Positions 17,119 to 33,000 of a DNA stretch of 64,000 bases are shown in pieces; positions within the stretch are counted from its first letter, which is position 1; each line of letters opens with the position of its first letter. The translations under genes were made by a program, and so were the position numbers. The notes under the pieces were generated by a model, which was not told the DNA's origin, did no database searches, and saw only the letters and a program-made list of their open reading frames with translations. Origin of the DNA: Eledone cirrhosa (taxonomy: Eukaryota); contig OZ024766.1 in NCBI GenBank assembly GCA_964016885.1, forward strand, positions 12,710,001-12,774,000, written 5' to 3'.

Positions 17119-20100
17119 TACACATACACCCTCTCCTATACACCTAGCTACACACATTTACCTCAACTCACACACACACCCTCTCCTATTCACCTAGCTA
17201 CACACATTCACCTCAACATACACAGACACACACCCTCTCCTATACACCAAGCTACACACATTTACCTCAACACATACACACACACCCTCTCCTATACACC
17301 TAGCTACACACATTTACCTCAACATACACACACACACCCTCTCCTATACACCTAGCTACACACATTTACCTCAACACACACACACACACTCACACACCCT
17401 CTCCTATACACCTAGCTACACACATTTACCTCAACACACACACACACACACACTCTCTCCTATACACCTAGCTACACACATTTACCTCAACACACACACA
17501 CACACACACCCTCTCCTATACACCTAGCTACACACATTTACCTCAACACACACACACACCCTCTCCTACACACCTAACTACACACATTTACCTCAACATA
17601 CACACACACACCCTCTCCTATACACCTAGCTACACACATTTACCTCAACACACAAACACACACACCCTCTCCTATACACCTAGCTACACACATTTACCAC
17701 AACACAGACACACACCCTCTCCTATACACCTAGCTACACACATTTACCTCAACACACACACACACACACCCTCTCCTATACACCTAGCTACACACATTTA
17801 CCTCAACACACACACACCCTCTCCTATACACCTAGCTACACACATTTACCTCGACACACACACACACCCTCTCCTATACACCTAGCTACACACATTTACC
17901 TCAACATACACACACACACACCCTCTCCTATACACCTAGCTACACACATTTACCTCAACACACAAACACACACACCCTCTCCTATACACCTAGCTGCACA
18001 CATTTACCTCAACACACCCACACACACACACACACACACCCTCTCCTATACACCTAGCTACACGCATTTACCTCAACACACACACACACCCTCTCCTATA
18101 CACCTAGCTACACACATTCACCTCAACACACACACACACACACCCTCTCCTATACACCTAGCTACACACATTTACCTCAACATACACATACACCCTCTCC
18201 TATACACCTAGCTACACACATTTACCTCAACACACACACACACCCTCTCCTATACACCTAGCTACACACATTTACCTCAACACACACACACACACACCCT
18301 CTCCTATACACCTAGCTACACACATTCACCTCAACATACACACACACACACACCCTCTCCTATACACCTAACTACACACATTTACCTCAACACACACACA
18401 CACACACACACCCTCTCCTATACACCTAGCTACACACATTTACCTCAACACGCACACACACACCCTCTCCTATACACCTAGCTACACATATTAACCTCAA
18501 CATACACACACACACCCTCTCCTATACACCTAGCTACACACATTTACCTCAACACACACACACACACACCCTCTCCTATACACCTAGCTACACACATTTA
18601 CCTCAACACACACACACACACCCTCTCCTATACACCTAGCTACACACATTTACCTCAACATACACACACCCTCTCCTATACACCTAGCTACACACATTCA
18701 CCTCAACATACACACACACACACCCTCTCCTATACACCTAGCTACACACATTTACCTCAACACACACACACACACCCTCTCCTATACACCTAGCTACACA
18801 CATTCACCTCAACACACACACACCCTCTCCTATACACCTAGCTACACACATTTACCTCAACATACACACACACACACCCTCTCCTATACACCTAGCTACA
18901 CACTTTTACCTCAACATACACACACACCCTCTCCTATACACCTAGCTACACACATTTACCTCAACATACACACACACACACCCTCTCCTATACACCTAGC
19001 TACACACATTTACCTCAACATACACACACACACCCTCTCCTATACACCTAGCTACACACATTTACCTCAACATACACACACACACACCCTCTCCTATACA
19101 CCTAGCTACACACATTTACCTCAACATACACACACACACCCTCTCCTATAAACCTAGCTACACACATTTACCTCAACACACACACACACACACACCCTCT
19201 CCTATACACCTAGCTACACACATTTACCTCAACACACACACACACACACACACCCTCTCCTATACACCTAGCTACACACATTTACCTCAACATACACACA
19301 CACACACACACACCCTCTCCTATACACCTAGCTACACACATTTACCTCAACACACACACACACACACCCTCTCCTATACACCTAGCTACACACATTTACC
19401 TCAACACACACACACACACACCCTCTCCTATACACCTAGCTACAGACATTTACCTCGACACACACACACACCCTCTCCTATACACCTAGCTACACACATT
19501 TACCTCAACATACACACACACACACCCTCTCCTATACACCTAGCTACACACATTTACCTCAACACCCAAACACACACACCCTCTCCTATACACCTAGCTG
19601 CACACATTTACCTCAACATACACACACACCCTCTCCTATACACCTAGCTACACGCATTTACCTCAACACACACACACACCCTCTCCTATACACCTAGCTA
19701 CACACATTTACCTCAACACACACACACACACTCCCTCTCCCATACACCTAGCTACACACATTCACCTCAACACACACACACACACACCCTCTCCTATACA
19801 CCTAGCTACACACATTTACCTCAACATACACATACACCCTCTCCTATACACCTAGCTACACACATTTACCTCAACTCACACACACACCCTCTCCTATACA
19901 CCTAGCTACACACATTTACCTCAACACACACACACACACACCCTCTCCTATACACCTAGCTACACACATTCACCTCAACATACAAACACACACACACCCT
20001 CTCCTATACACCTAGCTACACACATTTACCTCAACATACACACACACACCCTCTCCTATACACCTAGCTACAGAGATTCACCTCAACATACACACACACA

Positions 20101-21500
20101 CACACCCTCTCCTATACACCTAGCTACACACATTTACCTCAACACACACACACACCCTCTCCTACACACCTAACTACACACATTTACCTCAACATACACA
20201 CACACACACACCCTCTCCTATACACCTAGCTACACACATTTACCTCAACATACACATACACCCTCTCCTATACACCTAGCTACACACATTTACCTCAACT
20301 CACACACACACCCTCTCCTATACACCTAGCTACACACATTCACCTCAACATACACAGACACACACCCTCTCCTATACACCAAGCTACACACATTTACCTC
20401 AACACACACACACACACCCTCTCCTATACACCTAGCTACACACATTTACCTCAACATACACACACACACCCTCTCCTATACACCTCGCTACACACATTTA
20501 CCTCAACACACACACACACACACACACCCTCTCCTATACACCTAGCTACACACATTTACCTCAACACACACTCTCTCCTATACACCTAGCTACACACATT
20601 TACCTCAACACACACACACACACACACCCTCTCCTATACACCTAGCTACACACATTTACCTCAACACACACACACACCCTCTCCTACACACCTAACTACA
20701 CACATTTACCTCAACATACACACACACACACCCTCTCCTATACACCTAGCTACACACATTTACCTCAACAAACAAACACACACACCCTCTCCTATACACC
20801 TAGCTACACACATTTACCACAACACAGACACACACCCTCTCCTATACACCTAGCTACACACATTTACCTCAACACACACACACACACACCCTCTCCTATA
20901 CACCTAGCTACACACATTTACCTCAACACACACACACCCTCTCCTATACACCTAGCTACACACATTTACCTCGACACACACACACACCCTCTCCTATACA
21001 CCTAGCTACACACATTTACCTCAACATACACACACACACACCCTCTCCTATACACCTAGCTACACACATTTACCTCAACACACAAACACACACACCCTCT
21101 CCTATACACCTAGCTGCACACATTTACCTCAACACACCCACACACACACACACACACCCCCTCTCCTATACACCTAGCTACACGCATTTACCTCAACACA
21201 CACACACACCCTCTCCTATACACCTAGCTACACACATTTACCTCAACACACACACACACACACCCTCTCCTATACACCTAGCTACACACATTCACCTCAA
21301 CACACACACACACACACCCTCTCCTATACACCTAGCTACACACATTTACCTCAACATACACATACACCCTCTCCTATACACCTAGCTACACACATTTACC
21401 TCAACACACACACACACCCTCTCCTATACACCTAGCTACACACATTTACCTCAACACACACACACACACACCCTCTCCTATACACCTAGCTACACACATT
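15330..21500. repeat. Older, diverged block duplication, offset about 2980-3140 bp
   Basis: TATAAACC is at 16171/19147, TCAACACCCAAA at 16423/19559, CCAAGC at 17247/20379 and AACACAGACA at 17701/20821. The offset drifts and each copy has private substitutions. Confidence 0.75.
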
Positions 21501-21782
21501 CACCTCAACACACACACACACACACCCTCTCCTATACACCTAGCTACACACATTTACCTCAACATACACATACACCCTCTCCTATACACCTAGCTACACA
21601 CATTTACCTCAACACACACACACACCCTCTCCTATACACCTAGCTACACACATTTACCTCAACACACACACACACACACCCTCTCCTATACACCTAGCTA
21701 CACACATTCACCTCAACACACACACACACACACCCTCTCCTATACACCTAGCTACACACATTTACCTCAACATACACATACA
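21209..21782. repeat. Short 4-monomer higher-order repeat, 208-bp period, about 3 copies
   Basis: The TTCACC variant occurs at 21291, 21499 and 21707, each followed by a monomer with a CATACACATACA linker. Monomer lengths 54+50+50+54 sum to 208. Confidence 0.85.
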
Positions 21783-22238
21783 CCCTCTCCTATACACCTA
21801 GCTACACACATTTACCTCAACATACACATACACCCTCTCCTATACACCTAGCTACACACATTTACCTCAACACACACACACACACACCCTCTCCTATACA
21901 CCTAGCTACACACATTTACCTCAACACACACACACACACCCTCTCCTATACACCTAGCTACACACATTTACCTCAACACACACACACACCCTCTCCTATA
22001 CACCTAGCTACACACATTTACCTCAACACACACACACACACACCCTCTCCTATACACCTAGCTACACACATTCACCTCAACACACACACCCTCTCCTATA
22101 CACCTAGCTACACACATTTACCTCAACACACACACACACACACCCTCTCCTATACACCTAGCTACACACATTTACCTCAACACACACACCCTCTCCTATA
22201 CACCTAGCTACATACATTCACCTCAACATACACACACA

Positions 22239-22514
22239 CCCTCTCCTATACACCTAGCTACTCACATTTACCTCGACACACACACACACACACACCCTCT
22301 CCTATACACCTAGCTACTCACATTTACCTCGACACACACACACACACTCTCTCCTATACACCTAGCTACTCACATTTACCTCGACACACACACACACACA
22401 CACCCTCTCCTATACACCTAGCTACTCACATTTACCTCGACACACACACACACACACACCCTCTCCTATACACCTAGCTACTCACATTTACCTCGACACA
22501 CACACACACACACA
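22239..22514. repeat. Run of five consecutive variant monomers (CTACTCACATTTACCTCGA)
   Basis: Monomers starting at 22239, 22295, 22347, 22403 and 22459 all carry the same two linked substitutions. Confidence 0.95.
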
Positions 22515-23037
22515 CCCTCTCCTATACACCTAGCTACACACATTTACCTCAACATACACACACACACACACACACACCCTCTCCTATACACCTAGCTACA
22601 CACATTCACCTCAACACACACACACACACACCCTCTCCTATGCACCTAGCTACACACATTTACCTCAACATACACACACACCCTCTCCTATACACCTAGC
22701 TACACACATTTACCTCAACACACACACACACACACCCTCTCCTATACACCTAGCTACACACATTTACCTCAACGCACACACACACCCTCTCCTATACACC
22801 TAGCTACACACATTCACCTCAACACACACACACACACACCCTCTCCTATACACCTAGCTACACACATTTACCTCAACACACACACACACCCTCTCCTATA
22901 CACCTAGCTACACACATTTACCTCAACATACACACACACACACACCCTCTCCTATACACCTAGCTTCACACATTCACCTCAACACACACACACACACCCT
23001 CTCCTATACACCTAGCTACACACATTTACCTCAACAT

Positions 23038-26000
23038 ACACACACCCTCTCCTATACACCTAGCTACACACATTTACCTCAACACACACACACACCCTCT
23101 CCTATACACCTAGCTACACACATTCACCTCAACATACACACAGACACACCCTCTCCTATACACCTAGCTACACACATTTACCTCAACTTACACACACACA
23201 CACCCTCTCCTATATACCTAGCTACACACATTTACCTCAACATACACACACACCCTCTCCTATACACCTAGCTACACACATTTACCTCAACATACACACA
23301 CACACACCCTCTCCTATACACCTAGCTACACACATTTACCTCAACATACACACACACACCCTCTCCTATACACCTAGCTACACACATTTACCTCAACATA
23401 CACACACACACACCCTCTCCTATACACCTAGCTACACACATTCACCTCAACATACACACACACACCCTCTCCTATACAGCTAGCTACACACATTTACCTC
23501 AACACACACACACCCTCTCCTATACACCTAGCTACACACATTCCCCTCAAAACACACACACACACACACCCTCTCCTATACACCTAGCTACACACATTTA
23601 CCTCAACATACACACACACACCCTCTCCTATACACCTAGCTACACACATTTACCTCAACACACACACACACACACACACACACCCTCTCCTATACACCTA
23701 GCTACACACATTTACCTCAACACACACACACACACACACTCTCTCCTATACACCTAGCTACACACATTTACCTCAACACACACACACACACACACCCTCT
23801 CCTATACACCTAGCTACACACATTTACCTCAACATACACACACACACACACACACCCTCTCCTATACACCTAGCTACACACATTTACCTCAACACACAAA
23901 CACACACACCCTCTCCTATATACCTAGCTACACACATTTACCACAACACACACACACACCCTCTCCTATACACCTAGCTACACACACACACACACACCCT
24001 CTCCTATACACCTAGCTACACACATTTACCTCAACACACACACACACACACCCTCTCCTATACACCTAGCTACAGACATTTACCTCGACACACACACACA
24101 CACCCTCTCCTATACACCTAGCTACACACATTTACCTCAACACACACACACACCCTCTCCTATACACCTAGCTACACACATTTACCTCAACACCCAAACA
24201 CACACTCCCTCTCCTATACACCTAGCTACACACATTTACCTCAACATACACACACACACCCTCTCATATACACCTAGCTACACACATTTACCTCAACACA
24301 CACACACACAACCTCTCCTATACACCTAGCTACACACATTCACCTCAACATACACACACACACACACCCTCTCCTATATACCTAGCTACACACATTTACC
24401 TCAACTCACACACACACACACACCCTCTCCTATACACCTTGCTCCACACATTTACCTCAACATACACACACCCTCTCCAATACACCTACCTACACACATT
24501 TACCTCAACACACACACACACACACACACACCCTCTCCTATACACCTAGCTACACACATTTACCTCAACACACACACACACACACACTCTCTCCTATACA
24601 CCTAGCTACACACATTTACCTCAACATACACACACACACACCCTCTCCTATACACCTAGCTACACACATTTACCTCAACACACAAACACACACACCCTCT
24701 CCTATACACCTAGCTACACACATTTACCTCAACACACACACACACCCTCTCCTATACACCTAGCTACACACATTCACCTCAACATACACACAGACACACC
24801 CTCTCCTATACACCTAGCTACACACATTTACCTCAACTTACACACACACACACCCTCTCCTATATACCTAGCTACACACATTTACCTCAACATACACACA
24901 CACCCTCTCCTATACACCTAGCTACACACATTTACCTCAACATACACACACACACACCCTCTCCTATACACCTAGCTACACACATTTACCTCAACATACA
25001 CACACACACCCTCTCCTATACACCTAGCTACACACATTTACCTCAACATACACACACACACACCCTCTCCTATACACCTAGCTACACACATTCACCTCAA
25101 CATACACACACACACCCTCTCCTATACAGCTAGCTACACACATTTACCTCAACACACACACACCCTCTCCTATACACCTAGCTACACACATTCCCCTCAA
25201 AACACACACACACACACACCCTCTCCTATACACCTAGCTACACACATTTACCTCAACATACACACACACACCCTCTCCTATACACCTAGCTACACACATT
25301 TACCTCAACACACACACACACACACACACACACCCTCTCCTATACACCTAGCTACACACATTTACCTCAACACACACACACACACACACTCTCTCCTATA
25401 CACCTAGCTACACACATTTACCTCAACACACACACACACACACACCCTCTCCTATACACCTAGCTACACACATTTACCTCAACATACACACACACACACA
25501 CACACCCTCTCCTATACACCTAGCTACACACATTTACCTCAACACACAAACACACACACCCTCTCCTATATACCTAGCTACACACATTTACCACAACACA
25601 CACACACACCCTCTCCTATACACCTAGCTACACACACACACACACACCCTCTCCTATACACCTAGCTACACACATTTACCTCAACACACACACACACACA
25701 CCCTCTCCTATACACCTAGCTACAGACATTTACCTCGACACACACACACACACCCTCTCCTATACACCTAGCTACACACATTTACCTCAACACACACACA
25801 CACCCTCTCCTATACACCTAGCTACACACATTTACCTCAACACCCAAACACACACTCCCTCTCCTATACACCTAGCTACACACATTTACCTCAACATACA
25901 CACACACACCCTCTCATATACACCTAGCTACACACATTTACCTCAACACACACACACACAACCTCTCCTATACACCTAGCTACACACATTCACCTCAACA

Positions 26001-26276
26001 TACACACACACACACACCCTCTCCTATATACCTAGCTACACACATTTACCTCAACTCACACACACACACACACCCTCTCCTATACACCTTGCTCCACACA
26101 TTTACCTCAACATACACACACCCTCTCCAATACACCTACCTACACACATTTACCTCAACACACACACACACACACACACACCCTCTCCTATACACCTAGC
26201 TACACACATTTACCTCAACACACACACACACACACACTCTCTCCTATACACCTAGCTACACACATTTACCTCAACA
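23038..26276. repeat. Near-tandem duplication with 1650-bp offset
   Basis: AACATACACACAGAC occurs at 23131 and 24781. AACTTAC, TACAGCTAGC, a truncated monomer (23959/25609) and CCTTGCTCC all recur at +1650. The match ends at 24627/26277. Confidence 0.93.
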
Positions 26277-27231
26277 CACACACACACACCCTCTCCTATA
26301 CACCTAGCTACACACATTTACCTCAACATACACACACACACACACCCTCTCCTATACACCTAGCTACACACATTTACCTCAACACACACACACACCCTCT
26401 CCTATACACCTAGCTACACACATTTACCTCAACATACACACACACACACCCTCTCCTATACACCTAGCTACACACATTTACCTCAACACACAAACACACA
26501 CACCCTCTCCTATACACCTAGCTACACACATTTACCACAACACACACACACACCCTCTCCTATACACCTAGCTACACACATTCACCTCAACATACACACA
26601 CACACACACCCTCTCCTATACACCTAGCTACACACATTTACCTCAACATACACACACACACCCTCTCATATACACCTAGCTACACATATTTACCTCAACA
26701 CACACACCCTCTCCTATACACCTAGCTACACACATTCACCTCAACATACACACACACACCCTCTCCTATTCACCTAGCTACACACATTTACCTCAACACA
26801 CACACACAAACACACCCTCTCCTATACACCTAGCTACACACATTTACCTCAACATACACACACCCTCTCCTATACACCTAGCTACACACATTTACCTCAA
26901 CATACACACACACACACCCTCTCCTATACACCTAGCTACACACATTTACCTCAACACACACACACACACCCTCTCCTATACACCTAGCTACACACATTCA
27001 CCTCAACACACACACACACACCCTCTCCTATACACCTAGCTACACACATTTACCTCAACATACACACACACACACCCTCTCCTATACACCTAGCTACACA
27101 CATTTACCTCAACATACACACACACCCTCTCCTATACACCTAGCTACACACATTTACCTCAACATACACACACACACACCCTCTCCGACACACCTAGCTA
27201 CACACATTTACCTCAACACACACACACACAC

Positions 27232-28291
27232 CCTCTCCTATACACCTAGCTACACACATTTACCTCAACATACACACACACACACACACACCCTCTCCTA
27301 TACACCTAGCTACACACATTCACCTCAACACACACACACACACCCTCTCCTATACACCTAGCTACACACATTTACCTCAACATACACACACACCCTCTCC
27401 TATACACCTAGCTACACACATTTACCTCAACACACACACACTCTCTCCTATACACCTAGCTACACACATTTACCTCAACACACACACACACCCTCTCCTA
27501 TACACCTAGCTACACACATTCACCTCAACACACACACACACACCCTCTCCTATACACCTAGCTACACACATTTACCTCAACACACACACACCCTCTCCTA
27601 TACACCTAGCTACACACATTTACCTCAACATACACACACCCTCTCCTATACACCTAGCTACACACATTTACCTCAACACACACACCCTCTCCTATAGACC
27701 TAGCTACACACATTCACCTCAACATACACACACACACGCCCTCTCCTATACACCTAGCTACACACATTTACCTCAACATACACACACACACACCCTCTTC
27801 TATACACCTAGCTACACACATTTACCTCAACATACACACACACCCTCTCCTATACACCTAGCTACACACATTTACCTCAACATACACACACACACCCTCT
27901 CCTATACACCTAGCTACACACATTTACCTCAACACACACACACACCCTCTCCTATACACCTAGCTACACACATTTACCTCAACAGACACACACACACACC
28001 CTCTCCTATACACCTAGCTACACACATTTAACTCAACATACACATACACCCTCTCCTATACACCTAGCTACACACATTTACCTCAACACAGACACACACC
28101 CTCTCCTATACACCTAGCTACACACATTTACCTCAACACGCACACACACACCCTCTCCTATACACCTAGCTACACACATTCACTTCAACATACACACACA
28201 CACCCTCTCCTATACACCTAGCTACACACATTTACCTCAACATACACACACACACCCTCTCATATACACCTAGCTACACACGTTTACCTCA

Positions 28292-28322
<31 letters not shown>

Positions 28323-30027
28323 CTCCTATACACCTAGCTACACACATTTACCTCAACTCACACACAGACACACACTCTCTCCTATACACCTAGCTACACA
28401 CATTTACCTCAACACACACACACACCCTCTCCTATACACCTAGCTAGACACATTTACCTCAACATACACACACACACACACACACCCTCTCCTATACACC
28501 TAGCTACACACATTTACCTCAACACACACACACACCCTCTCCTATACACCTAGCTACACACATTCACCTCAACATACACACACACACACCCTCTCCTATA
28601 CACCAAGCTACACACATTTACCTCAACATACACACACACACACCCTCTCCTATACACCTAGCTACACACATTTACCTCAACACACAAACACACACACCCT
28701 CTCCTATACACCTAGCTACACACATTTACCACAACACACACACACACCCTCTCCTATACACCTAGCTACACACATTTACCTCAACACACACACACACACA
28801 CCCTCTCCTATACACCTAGCTACACACATTTACCTCAACACACACACACACACACACCCTCTCCTATACACCTAGCTACACACATTTAACTCGACACACA
28901 CACACACCCTCTCCTATACACCTAGCTACACACATTTACCTCAACATACACACACACACACCCTCTCCTATACACCTAGCTACACACATTTACCTCAACA
29001 TACACACACACCCTCTCCTATACACCTAGCTACACACATTTACCTCAACATACACACACACACACCCTCTCCTACACACCTAGCTACACACATTTACCTC
29101 AACACACACACACACACCCTCTCCTATACACCTAGCTACACACATTTACCTCAACATACACACACACACACACACACCCTCTCCTATACACCTAGCTACA
29201 CACATTCACCTCAACACACACACACACACCCTCTCCTATACACCTAGCTACACACATTTACCTCAACATACACACACACCCTCTCCTATACACCTAGCTA
29301 CACACATTTACCTCAACACACACACACACACACCCTCTCCTATACACCTAGCTACACACATTTACCTCAACACACACACACACCCTCTCCTATACACCTA
29401 GCTACACACATTCACCTCAACACACACACACACACACCCTCTCCTATACACCTAGCTACACACATTTACCTCAACACACACACACACCCTCTCCTATACA
29501 CCTAGCTACACACATTTACCTCAACATACACACACCCTCTCCTATACACCTAGCTACACACATTTACCTCAACACACACACCCTCTCCTATACACCTAGC
29601 TACACACATTCACCTCAACATACACACACACACGCCCTCTCCTATACACCTAGCTACACACATTTACCTCAACATACACACACACACATCCTCTCCTATA
29701 CACCTAGCTACACACATTTACCTCAACATACACACACACCCTCTCCTATACACCTAGCTACACACATTTACCTCAACATACACATACACCCTCTCCTATA
29801 CACCATATCTACACACATTTACCTCAACACAGACACACACCCTCTCCTATACACCTAGCTACACACATTTACCTCAACACACACACACCCTCTCCTATAC
29901 ACCTAGCTACACACATTCACTTCAACATACACACACACACCCTCTCCTATACACCTAGCTACACACATTTACCTCAACATACACACACACACCCTCTCAT
30001 ATACACCTAGCTACACACGTTTACCTC

Positions 30028-30061
<34 letters not shown>

Positions 30062-33000
30062 CTCCTATACACCTAGCTACACACATTTACCTCAACACAC
30101 ACACAGACACACACTCTCTCCTATACACCTAGCTACACACATTTACCTCAACACACACACACACCCTCTCCTATACACCTAGCTACACACATTTACCTCA
30201 ACATACACACACACACACACACACCCTCTCCTATACACCTAGCTACACACATTTACCTCAACACACACACACACCCTCTCCTATACACCTAGCTACACAC
30301 ATTCACCTCAACATACACACACACACACCCTCTCCTATACACCAAGCTACACACATTTACCTCAACATACACACACACACACCCTCTCCTATACACCTAG
30401 CTACACACATTTACCTCAAAACACAAACACACACACCCTCTCCTATACACCTAGCTACACACATTTACCACAACACACACACACACCCTCTCCTATACAC
30501 CTAGCTACACACATTTACCTCAACACACACACACACACACCCTCTCCTATACACCTAGCTACACACATTTACCTCAACACACACACACACACACCCTCTC
30601 CTACACACCTAGCTACACACATTTACCTCAACATACACACACACCCTCTCCTATACACCTAGCTACACACATTTACCTCAACATACACACACACCCTCTC
30701 CTATACACCTAGCTACACACATTTACCTCAACATACACACACACACACCCTCTCCTACACACCTAGCTACACACATTTACCTCAACACACACACACACAC
30801 CCTCTCCTATACACCTAGCTACACACATTTACCTCAACATACACACACACACACACCCTCTCCTATACACCTAGCTACACACATTTACCTCAACATACAC
30901 ACACACCCTCTCCTATACACCTAGCTACACACATTTACCTCAACACACACACACACACACCCTCTCCTATACACCTAGCTACACACATTTACCTCAACAC
31001 ACACACACACCCTCTCCTATACACCTAGCTACACACATTCACCTCAACACACACACACACACACCCTCTCCTATACACCTAGCTACACACATTTACCTCA
31101 ACACACACACACACCCTCTACTATACACCTAGCTACACACATTTACCTCAACATACACACACCCTCTCCTATACACCTAGCTACACACATTTACCTCAAC
31201 ACACACACCCTCTCCTATACACCTAGCTACACACATTCACCTCAACATACACACAAATACACACACCCTCTCCTATACACCTAGCTACACACATTTACCT
31301 CAACACACACGCCCTCTCCTATACACCTAGCTACACACATTTACCTCAACATACACACACACACACCCTCTCCTATACACCTAGCTACACACATTTACCT
31401 CAACATACACACACACACACCCTCTCCTATACACCTAGCTACACACATTTACGTCAACATACACACACACACCCTCTCATATACACCTAGCTACACACAT
31501 TTACCTCAACACACACACACACACACCCTCTCCCATACACCTAGCTACACACTTTTACCTCAACACACACACACACCCTTTCCTATACACCTAGCTACAC
31601 ACATTTACCTCAACACACACACACACACACCCTCTCCTATACACCTAGCTACACACATTTACCTCAACATACACATACACCCTCTCCTATACACCTAGCT
31701 ACACACATTTACCTCAACATACACACACACACACCCTCTCCTATACACCTAGCTACACACATTTACCTCAACATACACACACACACACCCTCTCCTATAC
31801 ACCTAGCTACACACATTTACGTCAACATACACACACACACCCTCTTATATACACCTAGCTACACATATTTACCTCAACATACACACACACACACCCTCTC
31901 CTATACACCTAGCTACACACATTTACCTCAACATACACACACACACACCCTCTCCTATACACCTAGCTACACACATTTACCTCAACATACACACACACAC
32001 ACCCTCTCCTATACACCTAGCTACACACATTTACGTCAACATACACACACACACCCTCTCATATACACCTAGCTACACACATTTACCTCAACACACACAC
32101 ACACACACCCTCTCCCATACACCTAGCTACACACTTTTACCTCAACACACACACACACCCTTTCCTATACACCTAGCTACACACATTTACCTCAACACAC
32201 ACACACACACACCCTCTCCTATACACCTAGCTACACACATTTACCTCAACATACACATACACCCTCTCCTATACACCTAGCTACACACATTTACCTCAAC
32301 ATACACACACACACACCCTCTCCTATACACCTAGCTACACACATTTACCTCAACATACACACACACACACCCTCTCCTATACACCTAGCTACACACATTT
32401 ACGTCAACATACACACACACACCCTCTCCCATACACCTAGCTACACACTTTTACCTCAACACACACACACACCCTTTCCTATACACCTAGCTACACACAT
32501 TTACCTCAACACACACACACACACACCCTCTCCTATACACCTAGCTACACACATTTACCTCAACATACACATACACCCTCTCCTATACACCTAGCTACAC
32601 ACATTTACCTCAACACACACACACACCCTCTCCTATACACCTAGCTACACACATTTACCTCAACTCACACACACACACACCCTCTCCTATACACCTAGCT
32701 ACACACATTCACCTCAACATACACACACACACACACCCTCTCTTATACACCTAGCTACACACATTTACCTCAACATACACACACACACCCTCTCATATAC
32801 ACCTAGCTACACACATTTACCTCAACACACACACCCTCTCCTATACACCTAGCTACACACATCTACCTCAACACACACACACACACACACCCTCTCCTAT
32901 ACACCTAGCTACACACATTACCTCAACACACACACACACCCTCTCCTATACACCTAGCTACACACATTCACCTCAACATACACACACACACACCCTCTCC

